A stretch of 15,076 nt of DNA. It comes from a virus. Taxonomy: Duplodnaviria > Heunggongvirae > Uroviricota > Caudoviricetes. The stretch covers positions 1 to 15,076 of the IMG/VR virus record IMGVR_UViG_2531839662_000027, one strand, 5' to 3'. A model generated the notes under the pieces. That model had not been told where the DNA came from. It searched no databases and saw only the letters and a program-made list of their open reading frames with translations. A program made the position numbers and the translations under genes. Shown in pieces: positions 1 through 9,841 of the stretch (within the stretch, counting starts at the first letter, position 1; every line of letters begins with the position of its first letter).

Positions 1-952
1 TTATTCAGCCTTAGCAAAAGTGGTCATAGTTGTTCCACTGAAAGTGAATGACCTGTCTGTAAGAGTAACATCCTGAATAGCAAAGTAATCGCCAACACCA
101 GCGCCATTTACATAAAACTCGAATATCTCAGATGTATTTTCCGGAATAATATTATTAGCAATATAACACGTAGATAAAGAACCATTTGTTGATGGTAAAG
201 TTCCAAATAGCGTTGCATCCGATGCAGCATATATCGAACTGCTTAAATAAATATTTATATCAACATTACTCTCATAAGTAACAATTAAGTACACCCGGTC
301 GTTAACCTTCCACCCTCTGTCTTTTATCTTAGTATTAAGTGATAGCTTGTTAGAACTAGGGGTCGTTACGGTATTAATGGTTATTTTTGCTCCTATTGAG
401 TTGTATCTGCTTCTGGTTACTGTATTACCAGTATTGTTCATTGTATAAAGGATTGCTCTGCTTTCTGCAAACGTCCTCATATTAATCTTGCCTAAACAAT
501 CTCCTTCCATAACTTGTGGGCCAGACACAGTTGCACCAATATAACAATTAGTAAATACAGCATGAGCCCTGTTGTCAGTGCTTGATGCAAGTAATGAAAG
601 TTTAAAGTTGCCCTGATCTGCAATCCAGCAACTATCAACCTTAACTACAGCATCATTGTCAAGAACAACAAACCTTCCTCCCTCATTGTAATATCCTACA
701 AAAGCATTTACACCGCTTATTTTTACTACTCCATCTGGAACCGTAAAGATATCGCCTTGTATCGCTTCGCCATAGTACCCGCCAACAATATTGGTCACTC
801 GGGTATTTAAGTACATGCCATGCCCAATGCCGAACTCAAGGTCACATCCAATTAAGCTTAAACCTTCAATAGGGGAAGTACCAGAAGCATAAAAGGCATA
901 TTCACCGACCTTATTTGATGCAAATCCACAGTTATTGAACGTTACGCGGTTG
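1..952 (-). pseudogene. Tailspike gene (P22 gp9-type), C-terminal portion downstream of the IS1 insertion; stop codon at 1-3
   Basis: ORF 1..966 (-) continues in frame from the 1719-2769 fragment once IS1 and one copy of the target duplication are removed; the residues encoded from 966 down to 953 come from the IS1 end. Repetitive Gly/Asn/Val-rich beta-strand-like composition is consistent with a beta-helix receptor-binding domain. Confidence 0.7.
945..952. repeat. Left copy of the 8-bp IS1 target-site duplication (CGCGGTTG)
   Basis: Identical octamer directly flanks both IS1 ends (945-952 and 1719-1726). Confidence 0.7.
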
Positions 953-966
953 GGTAGTGCATCCAA

Positions 967-1362
967 TTAGTAGAACATGTGTTTTTCGATAAACGCTCCG
1001 ATCACTTTTTCGTGGATCTCAACTGAGCGTGAGAAGCAGATTGTTTTACGAGCCAACCGCTTAATGCGGGTGCGTAGCGTCAGATTATTACGCTCAATGC
1101 GTTGGGTGAATATTTTGCCGGTCAGATGCTTATTCTTCGGCACCTCCCGGCCATAGCTGCCCCAGTCATCGCTGGTCAGCATGCCGATGTTGAAGGGTGT
1201 AAGCAGTGCCAGTAGCTCCCGGCACGTTTGATCGGTTCGGGGACCAAAAGTGTAGGCCAGTACACCGCCTGTTTTGGTGTTGTACGCGTACCAGAGCCAG
1301 TGTTGCCGGGCTTTACTGCCAACGTAGCTCCATTGCTCATCAAGCTCGCAGATAAGCGCCAC
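967..1362 (-). CDS. insB: IS1 InsB reading frame (normally expressed as InsAB' transposase by -1 frameshift from insA)
   Basis: Translation aligns by eye with IS1 InsB (motifs ELDEQW.YVG, YTQRIER.NL.LR, SFSKSVE.H.KVIG); lies directly downstream of insA in the -1 frame. Confidence 0.8.
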   Translation of the reverse strand: MALICELDEQWSYVGSKARQHWLWYAYNTKTGGVLAYTFGPRTDQTCRELLALLTPFNIGMLTSDDWGSYGREVPKNKHLTGKIFTQRIERNNLTLRTRIKRLARKTICFSRSVEIHEKVIGAFIEKHMFY

Positions 1363-1388
1363 ATCAGCATGGGCAACAGGCGAAGACG

Positions 1389-1661
1389 TTATTCGCTTTG
1401 GCGCGAGTTTTTTAAAGTCCGGATGACGGTGTTAATACCAATTTTCAGTGTCCTGGCGGTATCGCGAACCCCGGCACCATTAAAGGCCATTTCAGTTATC
1501 AGCTCTTTCATACCCGGCTTACGTGCTTGATAAGTATAAGTGAGCTGAAACACACGGTGGCAGTCACGGCAGCGAAATCTGTCACGGCCTTTAGGGTTCT
1601 GACCATGGCGGTAAACCTGAGCTGACTGACAACGGGGACAATGAATATTAACGCTGGCCAT
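1389..1661 (-). CDS. insA: IS1 InsA (zinc-finger transposition regulator)
   Basis: 90-aa protein with a CPxC...CxxC zinc-finger N-terminus and helix-turn-helix C-terminus, colinear with IS1 InsA (MASV.I.CP.C...); divergent from classical IS1. Confidence 0.85.
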   Translation of the reverse strand: MASVNIHCPRCQSAQVYRHGQNPKGRDRFRCRDCHRVFQLTYTYQARKPGMKELITEMAFNGAGVRDTARTLKIGINTVIRTLKNSRQSE

Positions 1662-1718
1662 GAGATAACCTCAAAAGCCCGTATTATACATCAGATTCAA
1701 CTAATTAGAGGCATCACC

Positions 1719-1726
1719 CGCGGTTG
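1719..1726. repeat. Right copy of the 8-bp IS1 target-site duplication (CGCGGTTG)
   Basis: Identical to 945-952. Confidence 0.7.
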
Positions 1727-2769
1727 TTAGCCCCAGCAAGGTGAACTCCGCGATTTGGCGCAGGAACAAAAGAACAGCAATCATAGGTATTAAGCCAGTC
1801 GTTTATAGTATAGAAGTTCGCCACCACGCCATTGATGAAACGACAATTATGGGTTCTTCCTAGGTGAACATATTGAATTCGGCAAGCATAGTTGGCGATG
1901 TTGTTCCCATCAACTGTAACGTGAGAGATAGATGTGCTACGTCTTATAGAGTCAGTTTCGTAGTACATGTTGACAACTGTCTCTCCAGTGAACCCACTCC
2001 CCGCAATAATGAATGACTTCTCAACGCCATCCCCGAATAGGTCAACAGTGCCTATTGTTAAATCAACTGGTGACTTAACATAGTAAGTTCCTGCAGGGAC
2101 AAACAGCCTCTTTCCTGCCGATAAAGCAACTGCTGCAGCAGCATTAAAGCTAGCTGAGTTATCTGCCGCTGGATCACCAGTAATGGGGAAAAATTGAGCA
2201 ACAGAAATATAATCTGCTACCGTCACTTCGTACCATGGCAAAGCAGGAGATGACGGAAGAGTGCCACTACCACCGGTGTAGATTTTATTATTATACCACC
2301 ACCAGTTATCAACATTAGATAACACCCCCTCCTGCCACACCCCCCCTAACGAGAAATCAAGACCGTAAGAAGTAGCTATCTGACTTAATGATAATGTTGC
2401 TCCTCTGTCAGAAGCTAATTCTTGCCTTAATTGGTCAGGGTCATACTTCAGCACATTAGGAAAATAGAACTGCTGTGCACCATACGCATCATAAACAGCC
2501 ATAGAATGGCCTTGCACAGTTACGAACTTGGCAATCTGTCCGTTATATACCGGATATCCAGCAGCGTTAATGATGATTGGTTGCGAAACAGGAACGTGAG
2601 AGCCGTCTTCGTTCTCCACATAAACCTGAATCTGGTTTTCAGGATTTACAGGGTCAGTGTCAATTTTACCGATATAAATTTTGCCATTGGCTACGGCTTT
2701 AAAAGAACGAGCCATAGTGAAGAGTTGCGAAGGCATGCTTACCACAACATTTGCGGTGATATCTGACAT
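1719..2769 (-). pseudogene. Tailspike gene (P22 gp9-type), N-terminal portion upstream of the IS1 insertion
   Basis: From ATG at 2769-2767 the protein starts [13 protein letters not shown]...[37 protein letters not shown]...[13 protein letters not shown]...NVLKYDPDQ, matching the P22 tailspike head-binding domain as I recall it ([13 protein letters not shown]...). The frame is cut one codon into the IS1 end. The track ORF starts 16 codons earlier at 2817; 2769 is preferred by homology. Confidence 0.8.
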
Positions 2770-2794
2770 TTCATTGCTCCAGACGAATGATATG

Positions 2795-2817
2795 ATGCAA
2801 CCATGATGTGGTTGCAT
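2795..2817. promoter_or_regulatory. Perfect 9-bp inverted repeat (ATGCAACCA-N5-TGGTTGCAT) in the mnt/tailspike divergent intergenic region; candidate repressor operator
   Basis: Arms 2795-2803 and 2809-2817 are exact reverse complements; sits between the divergent start codons of tailspike (2769) and mnt (2891); no T-run on either side, so a terminator is unlikely. Confidence 0.4.
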
Positions 2818-2890
2818 ACCGAAATGGTACTATTGAGTATTTATCCAGTGGGTTACGATGCCATTCCACCCAACTGGTGAGGCATCAAGG

Positions 2891-3151
2891 ATGTACAGCA
2901 AATACGACGATGCGCAGTTTCACTTGAGACTTCCGCATGAACTCCACGCGAAAATTAAACAGCGTGCGAAGATGAATAACAGGTCACTGAACTCAGAGAT
3001 AATTGCAGCGATTGAAGAATCATTGGCTAAACAAAGCTCTGCATCAGTTTACATTGACGATGCAGAGCGTATGGCAGAACAACAATCTGATATGGTTAAG
3101 AAAATTGTCTTTGATACGCTCAAAGAGATATATAAAAAAGACAGCAACTAA
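2891..3151 (+). CDS. mnt: Mnt-like ribbon-helix-helix repressor (Arc/MetJ family)
   Basis: Protein MYSKYDDAQFHLRLPHELHAKIKQRAKMNNRSLNSEIIAAIEESL...DDAERMAEQQSDMVKKIVFDTLKEIYKK resembles P22 Mnt as recalled (..NDAERLADEQSELVKKMVFDTLKDLYKK); P22-like synteny next to the tailspike. Start at 2891 preferred over the track start at 2858 by alignment and a GAGG 9 nt upstream. Confidence 0.7.
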   Translation: MYSKYDDAQFHLRLPHELHAKIKQRAKMNNRSLNSEIIAAIEESLAKQSSASVYIDDAERMAEQQSDMVKKIVFDTLKEIYKKDSN

Positions 3152-3168
3152 CCATCCGTGGCTTTCCG

Positions 3169-5014
3169 TTACTTCTGGTTATCATCACTGTTCATCCAGT
3201 ACATGATGCCTAGCCTTGATATGGTTTTCTTATCTGATTCTGGAAGTGAGTTGTAAAACGAGCGCCAAGCAGAAGAGCGTCTTACAGTTGTATCAACGAT
3301 GCTTTCTGGTGCTTGTTTTACTGCCAGCCTTGCTGCTTTCTGGAATTCTGGTGAGCTAATTAGCTTTTCTGCAGATTCAATTGATTCAGCGCCGCCCATC
3401 GCCCTGATTTTGCTGGCGACTTTTGCCCCAATTTCTGACCCAGCAACAGCACCTACTGCACTGAACGGTCCTGACACAGTTGAACCAACCGCAGTGCCAA
3501 TGCGTTGGGCATGGTTAGCAACAAATTCATTTGCCGCAGTGACGCGATTAAACCGTTTTACGAACTCGTTTAGTCTTCCTGTAGTTATCTCGTAAGATTT
3601 TGCGTCTTTGATAGCCTTTGCGACCTTATATACATCGTTCAGACCTGACATAGTCTCTTTTGGTAAATGTCGGGCAAGATTGCGCATCTGCCCGTTTGCT
3701 AACATGTTTTGATACCAGTCAGCAAACCCTGCAGGATTAAAATCAGCGCCACGTTTTCCGTTCGAAAGCATATCCCGAAGACCTGTTCCCAGTAGCTCGG
3801 TTCTTAGCTTCCTGGACGGCGTGTTTTGCATCAATTCACGAAATCCTTTGGCATCGCCTTTCGACATTGCCTGTAGTGCTGTAGTTGCTTTGCGAGAAAC
3901 ATCACCGTTCAGCGTTCTGCCAGTTAGATTAATCATTTGCTCTTCCATGCTTTTTCGCATCTGAACAAGCCTCTGAGCAACTTCAAAATCACGTAATGCA
4001 TTTGTCTCTGACAGCGCCGCCTTTTGATCATCGGCGAGCGAACCGTAAAGCCTCGATAAAGCAGCGCGATCAGCATCTTTATATGGTCCAGAATTCTTAT
4101 GAAGTGCATCACCAACAAGTCGTCGTTGCTTATTGAGATTTGCATAAGTTAATGCGCCGTTCTTGCCTGGATTAACTGCCCGAAAGACTCTCTTTTCAAT
4201 AGGGTCAAGGTTTTTCATCCCGCCAAGATCTTCTGCCACCTGTTTGAGCATTGACCTTGTTGATGGCGCATCAATTTTTGCACCTGCAGGCATCGCCTTT
4301 TCAACATTGCGATAAAGCTGGTCGCTTCGTTTCATCAGCGCAGACATTCTTCCATTGACCGTATCAATAAACTTGTCGCTCATACCAAGAGCATCTTTTG
4401 CACCGGAAACGCGATCAATTATCTCCCCCGCGCCCTGTGCTAGCTGCCTGATTGCTTCATTTTCCTGCACCTGTAGAGCAGAACCCGCACGGGACTTGAT
4501 TGCTTGCTCAACTGCCTTGTATTGCTCGTTCCCGGAAAAGTGTGAAGGGAGTAATGAATCAACATTAAGCCTTTCAGCAGACTCCAGAACTTCAGCCTGA
4601 GGATTGATATCTAGTTCATCAAGCGATGAAGCGAGATTTGGCCTTTTTTGTGCTGCTACTGTGCGAACGACTTCCTCTGGGTTCCTCGTCGCAGGCGTCA
4701 TTGGTACACCTTGTGCTACTCTTGCCTCTGCGGCATGAACCGCAGGATTTGTTGCTGCAGCGGCATCACCGGAGAATGGTGATGTTTCTGTTGGCGCCGT
4801 GGTCGCTCTCTGTGCAGATGTTTTATTGCCACTAATTATATTTGATGCACCACGAACACCACGGGTAACGCCATTTATCAGGCCATGCGTAGCAATGTTA
4901 AGTCCGGCATTAATAGCGGCATTTTCGGCAAAATCACCCCGTTGATTCGCCGCGTCAGCGAGAGAACCAATGACCATGTTTCCAGCTACACCTGCTCCAG
5001 GAACAAGATAACCG
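3169..5014 (-). pseudogene. Ejection (injection) protein, P22 gp16-like: portion downstream of the IS629 insertion
   Basis: 602-codon frame joins in frame to the 6325-6713 fragment when IS629 plus one CCG copy is removed, giving about 743 codons; last gene of the gp7-gp20-gp16-like series before mnt/tailspike. Confidence 0.55.
5012..5014. repeat. Left copy of the 3-bp IS629 target-site duplication (CCG)
   Basis: CCG immediately flanks both IS ends (5012-5014, 6325-6327); a 3-bp duplication is typical of the IS3 family. Confidence 0.55.
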
Positions 5015-5068
5015 TGAACCGCCCCGGAAATCCTGGAGACTAAACTCCCTGAGAAAGAGGTAAACAGG

Positions 5069-5395
5069 ATGACTAAAAATACTCGTTTTTCCCCCGAAGT
5101 CCGTCAGCGGGCGATTCGTATGGTTCTGGAAAGTCAGGATGAATATGACTCACAGTGGGCGGCAATTTGTTCCATTGCCCCAAAGATTGGCTGTACGCCG
5201 GAGACTCTGCGTGTCTGGGTTCGCCAGCATGAGCGGGATACCGGGGGCGGTGATGGTGGGCTCACCAGCGCTGAACGTCAGCGTCTGAAAGAGCTGGAAC
5301 GTGAAAATCGTGAACTGCGCCGCAGTAACGATATCCTTCGCCAGGCTTCCGCTTATTTTGCGAAGGCGGAGTTCGACCGCCTCTGGAAAAAATGA
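5069..5395 (+). CDS. IS629 OrfA (helix-turn-helix, leucine-zipper transposase N-terminal part)
   Basis: 108-aa ORF, IS3-family OrfA architecture; sequence recognised as IS629 OrfA. Confidence 0.9.
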   Translation: MTKNTRFSPEVRQRAIRMVLESQDEYDSQWAAICSIAPKIGCTPETLRVWVRQHERDTGGGDGGLTSAERQRLKELERENRELRRSNDILRQASAYFAKAEFDRLWKK

Positions 5396-6282
5396 TGCCA
5401 CTGCTGGATAAGCTGCGTGAGCAGTACGGGGTCGGACCGGTATGTAGCGAACTGCATATTGCCCCGTCAACGTATTACCATTGTCAGCAACAGCGACATC
5501 ATCCGGATAAACGCAGTGCCCGTGCGCAGCACGATGACTGGCTGAAGAAAGAGATACAGCGCGTATACGATGAAAATCACCAGGTATACGGTGTGCGTAA
5601 AGTCTGGCGTCAGTTGTTACGGGAAGGTATCAGAGTGGCCAGATGCACTGTGGCACGTCTCATGGCAGTTATGGGACTTGCCGGTGTTCTCCGGGGTAAA
5701 AAGGTCCGCACTACCGTCAGCCGGAAAGCCGTTGCCGCAGGCGACCGCGTAAACCGTCAGTTCGTGGCAGAACGACCTGACCAGCTGTGGGTGGCTGATT
5801 TTACTTACGTCAGCACATGGCAGGGCTTCGTCTATGTGGCGTTTATCATTGATGTGTTTGCCGGATACATCGTGGGGTGGCGGGTCTCATCGTCTATGGA
5901 AACGACATTCGTGCTGGATGCGCTGGAGCAGGCGTTGTGGGCCCGTCGTCCGTCTGGCACCATCCATCACAGCGATAAAGGCTCTCAGTATGTGTCACTG
6001 GCCTATACGGAGCGACTAAAAGAAGCCGGATTACTGGCATCAACAGGGAGTACAGGCGACTCGTATGACAACGCGATGGCTGAGAGCATCAATGGTCTTT
6101 ACAAAGCGGAGGTAATACACCGTAAGAGCTGGAAAAACCGTGCAGAAGTGGAACTGGCCACACTAACGTGGGTGGACTGGTATAACAATCGACGATTGCT
6201 GGGAAGGCTGGGCCATACTCCTCCGGCAGAAGCAGAAAAAGCTTATTATGCTTCCATCGGAAACGATGATCTGGCAGCCTGA
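5392..6282 (+). CDS. IS629 OrfB (DDE catalytic domain; expressed as OrfAB by -1 frameshift)
   Basis: 296-aa ORF overlapping orfA by ATGA; integrase-like DDE region (..[16 protein letters not shown]..). Confidence 0.9.
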   Translation: MMPLLDKLREQYGVGPVCSELHIAPSTYYHCQQQRHHPDKRSARAQHDDWLKKEIQRVYDENHQVYGVRKVWRQLLREGIRVARCTVARLMAVMGLAGVLRGKKVRTTVSRKAVAAGDRVNRQFVAERPDQLWVADFTYVSTWQGFVYVAFIIDVFAGYIVGWRVSSSMETTFVLDALEQALWARRPSGTIHHSDKGSQYVSLAYTERLKEAGLLASTGSTGDSYDNAMAESINGLYKAEVIHRKSWKNRAEVELATLTWVDWYNNRRLLGRLGHTPPAEAEKAYYASIGNDDLAA

Positions 6283-6324
6283 GTTCACAGATAAAACACT
6301 CTCCAGGAAACCCGGGGCGGTTCA

Positions 6325-6327
6325 CCG
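6325..6327. repeat. Right copy of the 3-bp IS629 target-site duplication (CCG)
   Basis: See 5012-5014. Confidence 0.55.
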
Positions 6328-6713
6328 CCTATTGACTCTCCAGCTTGCGCGTAGGGGTCTGTCGGTCTGTCTACTGGACGATAAACATCATCCAATACTT
6401 TTGGCCCCCCAAGCCCCTGACTGATTGCATTAATCAGACTTGCGCCACCCTGCAATACGTCAAATGGTATGTTTACCAGACCACGACCAGCCTGTTCTGC
6501 AATTTGCCCTGCACTTTGACCACCAGTGAGCCAATCGCCAGCTTGTTGCATCAATGATGGTTCTTCCCGTGTTGGTGCATTATTGGCCTGATTAACTGTT
6601 TGTTGCTGAACAGCCTGACCAGCAAAATACTCATCAATGGCGGTGCCAATATCTTCGGTGCTCGTACCATCAGGGAAGGTAAATGTCTTACCGTTTGCAG
6701 TTACTTTCATCAT
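6325..6713 (-). pseudogene. Ejection protein gp16-like: N-terminal portion upstream of the IS629 insertion
   Basis: Start ATG at 6713-6711 overlaps the stop of the upstream gene (ATGA coupling); native coding runs to 6325, and the last 13 codons of the track ORF (6285-6323) are read from the IS629 end. Confidence 0.55.
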
Positions 6714-8116
6714 TCCACCGTAAATTGAATGCCTGATTTTGAGGTATATGATCCAACCTGATTCCTTGGTTCTCCTGAAGGTGTCGAATCTTGTGCTGGC
6801 GCTGCGTCAGTATTCATTGACATATACCGCTTAACGGCACTCCCCAATGATTCACCTTTTTTAACATCCAACCCCAATATCTGACCGCCATTACGCGATT
6901 GTCCTGGATTGCCATTCGCGCTCATCCACTCGGCTTTAAACTCATTAAACTGCGCGTTTCGTCGCTCAAGGTTTGCCATCGCATCAAGCCATCTTGCGAC
7001 CGTCTCAGGGTTATCCATGTCAGTTGGCGCACCCTGTCGAACGATCTCAACGTCTTTATCCGTTGCTGGGCCGGGAGGTAGGAATTTAAGAACCTGACTG
7101 TTAACAAGGGCATTTTGGCGAATGCGCAAATCACGCAATGTTGTATCGCTTCCGGTAAGTTTTGCGAACATGTTCTGTGCGTTACCGAACAAACCTGTCG
7201 TTGGTTTTTCTGCTCTGAACTGTTGAGCAAGCGCACTCATAGAATTGGCTGAGTTTGATGATGCTGTAGCATTGTTTACAGCCGTCTCGATGCCTTTTTC
7301 CATGTTTACTGACAGCTTAGGTGCTTCGCTAATCAACTGCTGAGCCTTTTCCTGCGCTTGCTGCATCTTAAACCCGAACTCTTGCTGATCCAGAGCCAAG
7401 CGTTGTGCTGCGATATTGTGCCCTGTCATTGCTGACTGATAGGAAAGGTTTTGCCCTCTCGCCTGAAGTGCCTCGCCAGCCTGATTGCTGCGGATTGTCT
7501 CTGCCAGCCTGCCTCGGTCAATCTCACGACCAGCCATCTTGTCCTGAACATTGAAGTAGTCAATCGGACCGAGAGCAGCCATCCCAAGGTGATCAACAAA
7601 CTCACCAAATCCTGAAGGATTCTGCTGATACATCTGAGCAACGCTGTTAGGGTCAACACCGACGCGAGTCAGTTCCTTGGCGTTGTTTTGCAGCCATGAT
7701 TGCATTGCTTCTGGAGACGATGACGCAAGGCGTGCGCCAGCCGCTAAGGTGCCGATAGAATTGCGCTGGTCTTCATCAATGAATCCCATGCCTTTACGAA
7801 CGGATTCAATCTGGTCTGGATATTGAGTAGCCAACTGACGCAAAGCACCGCGATCACCAGACGCATAAGCATTAGCGTACGCCTGCTGAAATTCTTTCTG
7901 CCGCTGAGCCTGCTTTTCCTGCTGAAACACCCCTGCAATGCCTGAAAGGCCTTGCAAAGCAGTAAGCCCAACATTGTTAGCGCCTGAACGCTCAATATCA
8001 TTGTTCTGCCTGATAAGCTGAAGCGTATTGCCGATGTCATTTACGCTCGGAGCGTTTGAGTTGACGCCGCCGATACCAGCTAACAATCCGCCATTTGATC
8101 CTTGCCAAGTAGCCAT
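6710..8116 (-). CDS. Ejection (injection) protein, P22 gp20-like, 468 aa
   Basis: Size nearly identical to P22 gp20 (471 aa as recalled), Gln/Ala-rich helical composition, position between the gp7-like and gp16-like genes, translationally coupled at both ends. Assigned by synteny and size, not by a verified alignment. Confidence 0.6.
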   Translation of the reverse strand: MATWQGSNGGLLAGIGGVNSNAPSVNDIGNTLQLIRQNNDIERSGANNVGLTALQGLSGIAGVFQQEKQAQRQKEFQQAYANAYASGDRGALRQLATQYPDQIESVRKGMGFIDEDQRNSIGTLAAGARLASSSPEAMQSWLQNNAKELTRVGVDPNSVAQMYQQNPSGFGEFVDHLGMAALGPIDYFNVQDKMAGREIDRGRLAETIRSNQAGEALQARGQNLSYQSAMTGHNIAAQRLALDQQEFGFKMQQAQEKAQQLISEAPKLSVNMEKGIETAVNNATASSNSANSMSALAQQFRAEKPTTGLFGNAQNMFAKLTGSDTTLRDLRIRQNALVNSQVLKFLPPGPATDKDVEIVRQGAPTDMDNPETVARWLDAMANLERRNAQFNEFKAEWMSANGNPGQSRNGGQILGLDVKKGESLGSAVKRYMSMNTDAAPAQDSTPSGEPRNQVGSYTSKSGIQFTVE

Positions 8117-8125
8117 GATTACCCC

Positions 8126-8504
8126 TTAAAACAACGAGCCAAGCAATCCGATACCAGCACCAATGCCAGCGCCCCAAGGTGTTGATGTTCCCAAAAGGCT
8201 GGCAAGACCTGCACCGGCAATCGCACCAGACGTTCCGCCACTAATTGCTGTCTGAAGACTTGATGGTTTGTTGGCATTAGCAGCGGCAAGAGCTGCGCTT
8301 TGCTGTGCAATGCTGCTCATGTTGTTGGCGTACGTCTGCCCGGCGTTTGCCTGACCTTGCAGAGCACCAAGCCCAACGTTTGCCAGATTGTTGTAATTGC
8401 TCATCTGGTTTGATAACCAAGACTGACCGAGAGTCGGCGCGATCGTAGCCAGTTGATTGCTTGTGGCTGTCGAACCAAGTCCTCCCGTAACCGCGAGGCA
8501 TCGA
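8126..8504 (-). pseudogene. 3' fragment of a gp7-like ejection protein gene, 5'-truncated at the deletion junction
   Basis: The open frame runs into cro-derived DNA in a frame different from cro; the first 17 codons of track ORF 8126..8554 are cro DNA read out of frame, so no native start or RBS remains. C-terminus is Gly/Ala-rich and hydrophobic. Confidence 0.45.
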
Positions 8505-8582
8505 CTATACGCCGAGATCTTTAGCTGTCTTGGTTTGACCAAAGCGCATTGCATAATCTTTCAGAGTTATGCGTTGTTCCAT
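8505..8582 (-). pseudogene. cro: cro, truncated after codon 25 by a deletion junction
   Basis: Minus strand reads CATGTACTAAGGAGGTTGTATGGAACAACGCATAAC...AAAGATCTCGGCGTATAG: lambda cro RBS and first 25 codons (MEQRITLKDYAMRFGQTKTAKDLGV), then a stop where lambda has TAT CAA AGC; sequence 3' of 8505 is unrelated to cro. Confidence 0.8.
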
Positions 8583-8606
8583 ACAACCTCCTTAGTACAT
8601 GCAATT

Positions 8607-8676
8607 ATTATCACCGCTAGAGGTAAAATAGTCAACACGCACGGTGTTAGATATTTATCCCTTGCGGTGATAGATT
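8607..8676. promoter_or_regulatory. Lambda-type right operator: oR1 (8609-8625), oR2 (8633-8649), oR3 (8656-8672), with pR (minus strand) and pRM (plus strand)
   Basis: 17-bp operators TATCACCGCTAGAGGTA, CAACACGCACGGTGTTA and TATCCCTTGCGGTGATA match lambda oR1/oR2/oR3 with one change in oR1; pRM-like TAGATA (8648-8653) and TAGATT (8671-8676) precede a leaderless cI ATG at 8683; pR -35/-10 read on the minus strand at 8635-8630 and 8612-8607. Confidence 0.85.
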
Positions 8677-8679
8677 TAA

Positions 8680-9396
<717 letters not shown>

Positions 9397-9403
9397 CACG
9401 TAA

Positions 9404-9841
9404 ATGATTAAAGAACGTATTTCTTATATCATTCCGATTGCGATGGATGAAGGCAACCCCGTAACTCCAGTTCTTATCTATGAAATGGATAAAGACTCCC
9501 ATGAAGTGGATCTGTCATTTGGCGCTTTTTTTATCGGCCTTAAGGCTACAAAAAAATATTCCATAGGCATTGAGGTTTTCAATGCTCAAGAAATACCGAT
9601 ACCAATTGACACAAAACTGTACTCCAACCATAAGTTTTTTACGGTAGCAGAAGCCAACGATGGAGAAACCATCGTATCAACTTCTATGAGAATTAACTTC
9701 CCAAGGGTGAAAATTATCAAGCCTGGGATATTCGAAGTTAGAGCATCACTGGTTAATCCTGAGAAAGGCGAAGTAATTGATGTAAAAAGTTCGTTTTTTG
9801 ACGTGAAGATAACAGGATCAGTTCGCGATGAGTTTAGATAA
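9404..9841 (+). CDS. Hypothetical 145-aa protein in the rex position (first gene of the cI-linked module)
   Basis: ATG 7 nt after the cI stop, no terminator between; no transmembrane segment evident; AT-rich; no similarity to RexA that I can recognise. Confidence 0.6.
   Translation: MIKERISYIIPIAMDEGNPVTPVLIYEMDKDSHEVDLSFGAFFIGLKATKKYSIGIEVFNAQEIPIPIDTKLYSNHKFFTVAEANDGETIVSTSMRINFPRVKIIKPGIFEVRASLVNPEKGEVIDVKSSFFDVKITGSVRDEFR

Larger units (their letters stand above)
953..1718 (-). mobile_element. IS1-family insertion sequence (divergent iso-IS1), inserted into the tailspike gene
   Basis: InsA-like and InsB-like ORFs in IS1 arrangement; imperfect terminal inverted repeats (GGTAGTGC at 953-960, GCATCACC at 1711-1718); A-run slippery motif (TTTAAAAAAC on the minus strand, about 1407-1416) at the insA/insB overlap; flanked by an 8-bp direct repeat. 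Boundaries +/- 1 bp. Confidence 0.85.
5015..6324 (+). mobile_element. IS629 (IS3 family), 1310 bp
   Basis: Ends TGAACCGCCCCGG... at 5015 and ...CCGGGGCGGTTCA at 6324 form imperfect inverted repeats; OrfA and OrfB match IS629 transposase proteins as recalled ([29 protein letters not shown]..., [28 protein letters not shown]...); A AAA AAT slippery site at the orfA/orfB overlap. Confidence 0.9.

Noticed and set aside
1176-1530. ORFs 1176-1376 (-) and 1228-1530 (+) inside IS1
   Set aside because: Alternative frame or antisense to insA/insB.
2431-2766. 111-aa ORF on the plus strand
   Set aside because: Lies entirely antisense within the N-terminal part of the tailspike gene, whose P22 homology fixes the true frame.
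3299-4835. Three plus-strand ORFs (3299-3595, 4355-4600, 4626-4835)
   Set aside because: All antisense inside the gp16-like ejection gene; no start signals; typical shadow ORFs.
5150-5470. 106-aa minus-strand ORF inside IS629
   Set aside because: Antisense to orfA/orfB of a well-recognised IS.
6899-8040. Several short ORFs on both strands (6899-7081, 6909-7097, 6922-7236, 7426-7659, 7744-8040)
   Set aside because: Alternative frames or antisense within the intact 468-aa gp20-like gene.
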